From assembly GCA_902564345.1 (NCBI GenBank), contig CACFAY010000004.1, positions 13,336 through 77,335 of the forward strand: 64,000 nucleotides of DNA. The letters are read 5' to 3'. Source of the DNA: an uncultured SAR324 cluster bacterium (GTDB lineage Bacteria > SAR324 > NAC60-12). The notes below the pieces were generated by a model. That model was not told the DNA's origin and did no database searches. It saw only the letters and a list, made by a program, of their open reading frames with translations. Below, piece by piece: positions 57,558-64,000 of this stretch (within the stretch, counting starts at the first letter, position 1; the number at the start of each line of letters is the position of its first letter). Both the position numbers and the translations under genes were made by a program.

Positions 57558-58640
57558 TCAAGAATTATTTTCTTCAAGAGATTGAAGAACTTTTTCTCCC
57601 ATTTCCCGACAACCAATCTCTGTTTTTCCTTGTGCCATAATGTCAACTGTGCGATATTTTTCCAGAGTATTAATAACTGCCTTTTGTATCATTTCATCTG
57701 CCTCTGTCAAATTAAATGAGTAGCGCATCATCATACCTACAGAAAGAATCATAGCCAATGGATTGGCCTTATCCTGTCCAGTTATATCTGGGGCAGAGCC
57801 GTGCACAGGTTCATACATACCCACTCCACCTCCTATGCTGGCAGAAGGAAGCATACCCAATGATCCAGTCATCATTGCTGCAGCATCACTGATTATGTCA
57901 CCAAACATATTAGTTGTAACAATTGTATCAAACTGCTTTGGATCTCTTATTATCTGCATAGCTGCGTTGTCAACATACATATGACTTAATTCGACTTCTG
58001 GGAAATCAGTTCCCACATCAGTAACAACTTCACGCCAAAACTCTGTAGATTCAAGTACATTTGCCTTGTCGACTGAAGTTAGTTTTTTTCTTCGCTTCAT
58101 TGCCGTTTCAAAGCCTACTTTAGCAATACGTCGGATTTCAGATTCTGAATAAACAAGCGTGTTGAACCCTACTCGCTCACCATCACGTTCTTCAACTCCG
58201 CGAGGGTTTCCAAAGTAAATACCGCCTGTCAATTCCCTCACAACCATTAGGTCTGCACCATCAACAACTTCAGCTTTAAGTGTTGAAGCATTTACCAGAT
58301 CCCCGTATATTGCAGCAGGACGTAAATTTGCAAACAATTCCAGTTCCGAACGAAGCTTCAAAAGTCCTCGCTCTGGACGTACTGAAAATTCTAACGGTTC
58401 CCATTTAGGTCCACCTACAGCACCAAGCAATACCGCATCAGAAATTTTAGCGGTTTCCAATGTTTCATCAGGAAGAGGTGTGCCTGTTAAATCAAATGCA
58501 ATGCCACCGACTGGTTTTTCGATTAAATCCAGGTGGATATCAAAAAGTGGAGCAATATTTTTTAAAATTTGGACAGCCTGTTCTGTAACTTCGGGTCCAA
58601 TCCCGTCCCCAGGTGTGATAAGAATTTTTTTAGTATTCAT
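57558..58640 (-). CDS. leuB: 3-isopropylmalate dehydrogenase
   Basis: 360 aa. [21 protein letters not shown]-type region, [20 protein letters not shown]. Confidence 0.93.
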   Translation of the reverse strand: MNTKKILITPGDGIGPEVTEQAVQILKNIAPLFDIHLDLIEKPVGGIAFDLTGTPLPDETLETAKISDAVLLGAVGGPKWEPLEFSVRPERGLLKLRSELELFANLRPAAIYGDLVNASTLKAEVVDGADLMVVRELTGGIYFGNPRGVEERDGERVGFNTLVYSESEIRRIAKVGFETAMKRRKKLTSVDKANVLESTEFWREVVTDVGTDFPEVELSHMYVDNAAMQIIRDPKQFDTIVTTNMFGDIISDAAAMMTGSLGMLPSASIGGGVGMYEPVHGSAPDITGQDKANPLAMILSVGMMMRYSFNLTEADEMIQKAVINTLEKYRTVDIMAQGKTEIGCREMGEKVLQSLEENNS

Positions 58641-58701
58641 GATCAGTATCTTTATTAAGTATTTTTTATGGTTAATTTATCGTAATGAGACGCTAAGGCT
58701 T

Positions 58702-59928
58702 ATGCAAGAGAAAAGACTTTTAACAATTTTTACTACATTTATTTACGTGATGTATTCAAATGTATTGTGTGCAACACCTACAATTAAAGCAGAGTTAGAC
58801 AAACAGTTTAGCAAGCTGATTAAGAATGGCAGTGTAACCGTCGCCAATGATAAGTGGATATTATATCGATACCCACCTAAACAAAACTCCATGCTGGTAC
58901 CTGCATCAGTTCAAAAATACGCTACTGCGCTTGCTGCCCTGCATTTTTTTGGTTATCAATTCAGATTCAGCACAGAATTTTATATAGATAAGAATGATGA
59001 ACTTGGAATAATGGGACATGGAGATCCTTTTCTTGTTTCAGAAGAATGGCAAAAAATAGCAAAGGAGTTAAATGAACTCCCTGATGTGCCTAAATTTATC
59101 CAGGGTTTGTTTTTTGATACCTCACTTTTTGAAGAAAATATTAAAATTCCAGGAATCAGTAATACTCGTAATCCATATGACGCAAACAATGGAGCATTGG
59201 TCATTAATTTCAATACAGTTTATCTAAAAGTTGACGAAAATGGTGTTATTTCCTCAGCTGAAAAACAAACTCCACTGACTCCATTAGCAAAACATTTAGG
59301 AGAAAAACTTAACTCGGGGTTTCACCGAGTTAGTATACCTATGGATTTAACTTTTACCTACACAGGAGAATTACTGCATTCAATTTTTCTCAGACAAGGT
59401 CTATCATTCAAAAACAAGAAAGTTAGCTTGCGTCGAGTAAGCTCAGCTGGGAAGCTTGTTTACAGGCACTATAACAACCTAAATCTTCAGAATGTGATAG
59501 CGGGGATGATGCTATATTCAAACAACTTTACAGCAAATCAGCTTTTGCTCACTACCGGAATGGAGCGTTTTGGGCCTCCTGCCTCACTCAAAAAAGGGAG
59601 GGCTGCAGTTCAAGAGTATTTAACAAAGGAACTCCGTATCTCCCCAGATCAATTCCATATTGCTGAAGGTTCAGGAATTTCAAGAAAAAACCGATTGACG
59701 CCAGATGCAGTCCTTTTAATGCTTAAAGCTTTTCTACCATACCAGCATCTGCTTCCAAGAGAGAAAAAAATCCCATATAAAACCGGTACTTTAAGAGGGG
59801 TATATAGCATGGCTGGTTATTTATCTTTCAGCGATCCGCTATATTTTGTAATACTACTTAATCAGAAAATTAATTATCGCGAAAAAATTCGGGATATTCT
59901 TCTTAAAACAGATTTTTCCAATTTCTGA
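58702..59928 (+). CDS. PBP4-like D-alanyl-D-alanine carboxypeptidase/endopeptidase (peptidase S13-like)
   Basis: SxxK (PASVQKYAT), SxN (YSNNFTAN) and KTG (YKTGTLRG) are present in the correct order. I trimmed the start to the ATG at 58702 (MQEKRLL plus a signal-like segment), because the upstream ORF portion is antisense to leuB. Confidence 0.65.
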   Translation: MQEKRLLTIFTTFIYVMYSNVLCATPTIKAELDKQFSKLIKNGSVTVANDKWILYRYPPKQNSMLVPASVQKYATALAALHFFGYQFRFSTEFYIDKNDELGIMGHGDPFLVSEEWQKIAKELNELPDVPKFIQGLFFDTSLFEENIKIPGISNTRNPYDANNGALVINFNTVYLKVDENGVISSAEKQTPLTPLAKHLGEKLNSGFHRVSIPMDLTFTYTGELLHSIFLRQGLSFKNKKVSLRRVSSAGKLVYRHYNNLNLQNVIAGMMLYSNNFTANQLLLTTGMERFGPPASLKKGRAAVQEYLTKELRISPDQFHIAEGSGISRKNRLTPDAVLLMLKAFLPYQHLLPREKKIPYKTGTLRGVYSMAGYLSFSDPLYFVILLNQKINYREKIRDILLKTDFSNF

Positions 59929-59930
59929 TC

Positions 59931-61019
59931 TTGAAATCCAACACACTAATTTCCGTGCTGATGCCGGTGCGAAATGAAGCCTCATTACTGCCGGGCTGTC
60001 TACACGATATTTCTTTTCAAACCCTTAAAGAGATAGAACTTATAATAGTTGATGACGGATCAACCGATAAAACTTCTGAAATTCTTAAAGAGTATTCTAA
60101 AAACGATCCTAGAATAAGAATAATTAAAACTAAGCACCAAGGTATTATATCTGCACTCAACACCGGACTTGAAGAATGCAAAGGATATTACATAGCCCGC
60201 ATGGATGCAGACGACAGGATGGATAAAAACAGGCTTGAAAAGCAGCTAAAATTGATGAAGAGTAATCCGGAGTTGGAACTTATAGGTTGTAGAATGGGCA
60301 GTTTTTCAAATTCTAGAATGATTTCAGATAGCATTAAAAAGTATCAATCATGGAGTAATTCGCTTATTTCTCATAAACAGATTGAATGTGATTTATTTGC
60401 GGAATGTCCAATAGCACATCCCACATTTTTTGCAACACATCACCTTTTCAAGAAGCTTGGAGGTTACTCAGCCAATCCATGGGCTGAGGATTATGATTTA
60501 ATTTTAAGAGCATACAAAGCAGGGGCAAAACTGGCAAAGCATCCTCATAAACTCGTGCAAAAATATCATTCATCAGAACGTCTTTCTAGGGTCGATGCAA
60601 TTTATAAACGTCCTGCAATGTTTGAAGCAAAAGCGCACTATTTAATGGAATTTGGTTTACTCAAAAATCGTCGGGGAGTCCTAATTGCCGGTTCAGGACC
60701 CACAGGAAGGCAAGCTGCAATTAGTTTAAAAAAAAGGGGTGTTAAAATCATAGGTTATGTTGATAACCGCCCCGGACCTCCTGATAGAAAGATAAAATCA
60801 TTACCTGCTTGGGGTTTCAGAGATTTGCCTCCAGAAAAATTCCTAGAAAAATTCAGGGATACTTTAATATTGCTGGCCATTGGGGATTACAGAGGACAAA
60901 AAGAATTTGCTGATTTATTACGGAAATTAGGTTTTATTGAAAATAGTGATTTTGTTCGGGTGATTTATAACTGGCCTACCGCATCTGACTGTTTTACTGA
61001 ATATGACATAACGAATTGA
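59931..61019 (+). CDS. Family 2 glycosyltransferase fused to a C-terminal NeuD/PglD-type Rossmann-like domain
   Basis: GT2 motifs: VLMPVRNEA, IVDDGSTD, ARMDADD. C-terminal part: LIAGSGPTGRQAA...IIGYVDNRP...LAIGDYRGQKEF. Confidence 0.8.
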   Translation: MKSNTLISVLMPVRNEASLLPGCLHDISFQTLKEIELIIVDDGSTDKTSEILKEYSKNDPRIRIIKTKHQGIISALNTGLEECKGYYIARMDADDRMDKNRLEKQLKLMKSNPELELIGCRMGSFSNSRMISDSIKKYQSWSNSLISHKQIECDLFAECPIAHPTFFATHHLFKKLGGYSANPWAEDYDLILRAYKAGAKLAKHPHKLVQKYHSSERLSRVDAIYKRPAMFEAKAHYLMEFGLLKNRRGVLIAGSGPTGRQAAISLKKRGVKIIGYVDNRPGPPDRKIKSLPAWGFRDLPPEKFLEKFRDTLILLAIGDYRGQKEFADLLRKLGFIENSDFVRVIYNWPTASDCFTEYDITN

Positions 61020-61066
61020 GAAGAACCAAATTTTCAAGTAAAATAGATTTATTAATTTAAAATAAC

Positions 61067-61657
61067 TTGAAGTCATTCATGAACAACAAAAAAATATTCT
61101 ACTTCAGCCTAATACTTTTTTTTTATTTGTTTGCATTTATTCCTGCTAATGCTCACAGCAAAAAAGTTAACTTAACCGATGAAGACAGAAAATTACTTAA
61201 AAGCCTGAGGATTACTCCTCCATCAATATGGATTGAAGCTCATGATTTCAATGGAGAGCTAAATGATGGAAGCAATATAAATTTAAAAGACTATCATCAC
61301 CGTTTTGTACTTTTGAATTTCTGGGCCACATGGTGTATACCTTGTTTAAAAGAAATGCCAGATCTTGAAAAAGCGTATAAACAAATGGGTTCAAAAAAGC
61401 TAATTGTACTTGCTGTAGGAATGGGTGAGGACAAAAACACTATCAGCAAATTTGCCGATAAGCATGAATTTACTTTCCCAATGATTGCTGATTCAAACTT
61501 AGAAATAGCAAAACTGTATGGCGTAGAGAATATTCCTATCACTTATTTAATTAATCCAGAAGGAGTCATAATCGGAAGAGCTCTGGGAATAAGAGATTGG
61601 GCCAGTCCGAGACTGATTGAGTTTATGGATTCCAAGCTCGAATCAGTAAATCAATGA
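61067..61657 (+). CDS. TlpA/ResA-like thiol:disulfide oxidoreductase (thioredoxin fold), exported
   Basis: Signal or TM segment IFYFSLILFFYLFAFIPANA and active site FWATWCIPC. The start could be the TTG at 61067 or the ATG at 61079. Confidence 0.8.
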   Translation: MKSFMNNKKIFYFSLILFFYLFAFIPANAHSKKVNLTDEDRKLLKSLRITPPSIWIEAHDFNGELNDGSNINLKDYHHRFVLLNFWATWCIPCLKEMPDLEKAYKQMGSKKLIVLAVGMGEDKNTISKFADKHEFTFPMIADSNLEIAKLYGVENIPITYLINPEGVIIGRALGIRDWASPRLIEFMDSKLESVNQ

Positions 61658-62195
61658 CCTATTCACATCAACTGCTTAGAAATAGATTAAGCTATACTAT
61701 TTAAAAAAATAGTAAATTTTACTTTTTTCTTCCTTCGTAATTTTTTTACTTTAACATAAAAAAATTCATACTAAACTAAATTTTTACGGCAAATATTTAT
61801 TCCATATACTCGATCTATAAAAAATATACCTCATAATTTTAATTGATCATATTGGCGTCTGAAGGTGAGTTTAAAGCAAAAAATATTACATTTCTAAATA
61901 AAAATTGTCTATTCTCCAACCTGATTCATAATAAGAACTTGTCATGAATTCACCTTCCAAAACGCTTAAAAAACCCTGTCTTTATAATTTATTCTATCCT
62001 CTTTATTTAAAATCACTCGAAATCGTGTATTTTTTGCTTTCACCCATACAAAAGACAGTATTCCTCAACAATTCCTGAATGATTCTATGAAAGCTTAAAA
62101 AAAATACAAATACACTGTTCTTAAATTGCTTTATTTTGATGATTTAAGTAAAATTAATGGTTGATTAATTTTTTAACTCAGATGATTCTTTTGCG

Positions 62196-62603
62196 ATGTC
62201 AGGAATTAATCCATATATTGAAAAACAGGAATTCGAATTACCTAAGGTAAACTATCGAATTACATTTATTCCAATGAATAAAAATGTAGAGGTATTGTTT
62301 GAAGAAATTTCTTCAGAAGGAGACGGCCTCCCTGGATCAATATTAAATACCGCTCTTTCGGCTGGGATCGAAATGGATCATTCATGCGGTGGTGTTTGTG
62401 CATGCTCCACGTGCCATATTGTTGTGCGAAAAGGGTTAGACAGCTGTAACAAAGCCACAGATGATGAAGAGGATATGCTTGACTTAGCACCAGGTCTTGA
62501 ACCTCAATCTCGGCTGGCTTGTCAATGTGTCCCTGACGGGTCACAAGATATAGTTGTTGAAATTCCTGAATGGAATAGAAACCTAGTAAAAGAAACGCAT
62601 TGA
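62196..62603 (+). CDS. fdx: [2Fe-2S] ferredoxin, ISC/adrenodoxin type
   Basis: CGGVCACSTCHIVV...SRLACQ cysteine pattern. 135 aa. Confidence 0.85.
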   Translation: MSGINPYIEKQEFELPKVNYRITFIPMNKNVEVLFEEISSEGDGLPGSILNTALSAGIEMDHSCGGVCACSTCHIVVRKGLDSCNKATDDEEDMLDLAPGLEPQSRLACQCVPDGSQDIVVEIPEWNRNLVKETH

Positions 62604-62616
62604 AAATAGATACTTC

Positions 62617-62985
62617 ATGATATCACTAACTCAAAATGCTGCTAAAGAGATCCTGAAAATTATGCAGGAAAGTGACTTGAATGAGGAAGTCTGCCTACGA
62701 GTTGGTGTGAAGGGTGGTGGATGTTCTGGGTTCACATATACCCTAGATTTTGATTCAAAAAAAACAAAGTTTGACCTAGAGTTTGAATCCCAAGAAATAA
62801 AAATACTAGTTGATAAGAAAAGTCATCTTTATATCAAGGACACCGAAATTGACTGGAGTTATAATTTAATGGACCGAGGACTTAAATTTAACAATCCTTC
62901 TGCAAAGGGTTCCTGCGGTTGTAAAACTTCATTCATGTTTGAACAGCCCGAAAAGGAAGAATCAGCTAGACCTAGTTGGATGTAA
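62617..62985 (+). CDS. erpA: A-type iron-sulfur cluster carrier (IscA/ErpA/HesB family)
   Basis: LRVGVKGGGCSGFTY and the C-terminal GSCGCKTSF. Confidence 0.85.
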   Translation: MISLTQNAAKEILKIMQESDLNEEVCLRVGVKGGGCSGFTYTLDFDSKKTKFDLEFESQEIKILVDKKSHLYIKDTEIDWSYNLMDRGLKFNNPSAKGSCGCKTSFMFEQPEKEESARPSWM

Positions 62986-63022
62986 TAATACAAAAAAACT
63001 TATTAGTAATTTAGAAGCTACA

Positions 63023-63256
63023 ATGACAATAGAAGATCAGATAAAAAAGGCAATTGAAACTCAAGTTCCAGACTCAACTGCGGAAGTTGGAGGAGACGGA
63101 AGACATTTTGAAATACAGGTTATTTCTCCTGTTTTTGAAGGCAAACGTACTCTGGAAAAACAACGCATTGTTTATGCTGCCTTGAGTGAACTAATGGCTG
63201 GAAGCAACGCCCCCGTTCACGCCATTGCTCGTCTAGAAACTTTAGTACCTAAATGA
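63023..63256 (+). CDS. bolA: BolA-family protein
   Basis: MTIEDQIKKAIE...GDGRHFEIQVISPVFEGKRTLEKQRIVYAAL...VHAI is a BolA/IbaG pattern. I trimmed the start to the ATG at 63023 because the longer ORF overlaps erpA. Confidence 0.75.
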   Translation: MTIEDQIKKAIETQVPDSTAEVGGDGRHFEIQVISPVFEGKRTLEKQRIVYAALSELMAGSNAPVHAIARLETLVPK

Positions 63257-63290
63257 TTATTTTCTTTTCTTAAACTGCAACATAAATGAC

Positions 63291-63602
63291 ATGAAAATTG
63301 AAGACAAACGTATAACTTTTCCAAAATCTTTATCTTTCAAATATGCAGGTAAAATCGTTGAGGAAACAAAGACCCATTTAACTTTAGAGGGAGAAAACGA
63401 AGAATCTTACCTTAAAATTTTTACTCCATTCCGCGGGGTAGCGAAACTAGTCTTGTATGAAAATGACCGTTGGGTAGATGCAGAGACACTCTCTTCAATT
63501 GGTAACTTTGACTTTTCTTCGCTTGGACTTGAAAATATGCCTGATTTGTCTTTAGACGGTGCGAAAAAAACCAAAGGCAAAACTAAAGGCAAAAAAAAAT
63601 GA
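63291..63602 (+). CDS. Hypothetical protein with Lys-rich C-terminal tail
   Basis: 103 aa. No family recognised. The tail reads [14 protein letters not shown]. Confidence 0.4.
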   Translation: MKIEDKRITFPKSLSFKYAGKIVEETKTHLTLEGENEESYLKIFTPFRGVAKLVLYENDRWVDAETLSSIGNFDFSSLGLENMPDLSLDGAKKTKGKTKGKKK

Positions 63603-63633
63603 ATTATCAATTAAAAAAGCAAAAAAATATTCT

Positions 63634-64000
63634 ATGACTGAGACAACCATTTCTGAAGAACTTCCACAAATCCAAATTCAAACAGAACACGGAGAAATCA
63701 AACTTGAGCTTTTTGAGGATGAAGCACCAAACACGGTAGCCAACATGATATCCCTGATAGAGCAGGATTTTTATAACGGGCTGACATTTCACAGAGTAAT
63801 ATCCAACTTTATGATTCAGGGCGGCTGTCCGCAAGGGACTGGAACTGGTGATCCTGGATATAGATTTGACGATGAATGTTCACCTGAACGACTTCACGAC
63901 GGCCCAGGAGTTTTATCAATGGCAAATGCTGGCCCAGGAACAAACGGAAGCCAGTTTTTCATTACCCATGAGGCCCAACCACATCTTGACGGGAAGCATA
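63634..64000 (+). CDS. ppiB: Peptidyl-prolyl cis-trans isomerase, cyclophilin type (3' end truncated by window edge)
   Basis: Absent from the supplied ORF track because it has no stop in the window. My translation from the ATG at 63634 reads [41 protein letters not shown]...[30 protein letters not shown]...[16 protein letters not shown], with no stop codon to base 64000. Confidence 0.9.
   Translation, partial: MTETTISEELPQIQIQTEHGEIKLELFEDEAPNTVANMISLIEQDFYNGLTFHRVISNFMIQGGCPQGTGTGDPGYRFDDECSPERLHDGPGVLSMANAGPGTNGSQFFITHEAQPHLDGKH

Noticed and set aside
58480-58701. N-terminal 74 codons of the listed 482-aa ORF
   Set aside because: This part is antisense to the 5' end of leuB and has no signal-peptide logic. 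The PBP4-like gene most plausibly starts at the ATG at 58702.
61944-62078. 44-codon plus-strand ORF (MNSPSKTLKKPCLYNLFYPLYLKSLEIVYF...) in the long intergenic gap
   Set aside because: It has no Shine-Dalgarno-like sequence upstream and a low-complexity AT-driven composition, with nothing to support it as a gene.
62939-63022. Upstream extension of the bolA ORF overlapping erpA
   Set aside because: The extension overlaps the erpA C-terminus out of frame. The BolA homology begins at the ATG at 63023.
63607-63834. 75-aa minus-strand ORF (also 63407-63610 minus)
   Set aside because: It is antisense to an unmistakable cyclophilin reading frame ([13 protein letters not shown]), which the ORF track missed because that frame has no stop within the window.

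Overview
The window is an AT-rich bacterial chromosomal segment with about 57 supported protein-coding genes. I found no rRNA, tRNA, CRISPR array, transposase, integrase or recognisable defence genes.

Most of it is core housekeeping: dnaE, lysS, hisI, groES/groEL with an upstream CIRCE operator, dksA, miaB, miaA, dut, cysS, leuB, a nuoM-like gene, fdx-erpA-bolA, and a cyclophilin cut by the 3' edge.

Several accessory blocks sit between these genes:
1. 1-9998: hyuA/hyuB (ATP-dependent hydantoinase/oxoprolinase family) converge on a 5-gene minus-strand operon. The operon encodes an XDH-family FAD subunit, a fused 2Fe-2S/molybdopterin subunit, a 6-hydroxynicotinate-reductase-like Cys-rich protein, a UPF0280/ApbE-like protein and an 'amino acid synthesis' family (PF06684) protein. 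This is my best candidate for an uncharacterised system, a nicotinate-type N-heterocycle degradation route.
2. 14178-16852: a tandem pair of fold-type-II PLP enzymes.
3. 29138-35072: a ketose-3-epimerase and single-NBD sugar ABC locus with two dehydrogenases.
4. 35795-40531: a lipoprotein with two Fn3 repeats and a canonical EPN/WND C-type lectin domain, followed by a 7TMR-DISM class III nucleotide cyclase and an MBL hydrolase.
5. 42616-49034: a LacI-controlled ABC importer with decorated permeases and no ATPase gene, plus a GH63/MGH1-like hydrolase.
6. 49930-52993: an unrecognisable 431-aa protein next to an orphan NuoM-like antiporter subunit.
7. 54491-61657: envelope genes (MsbA-like, LicC-like, cupin, PBP4-like, a GT2 fusion, TlpA).

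All functional calls rest on motifs I can read in the supplied translations and on remembered family signatures. No database search was run. Lineage cannot be established from the sequence alone; the mix of DUF4416, FIST, 7TMR-DISM and CIRCE would fit a marine deltaproteobacterium-like organism, but that is speculation.
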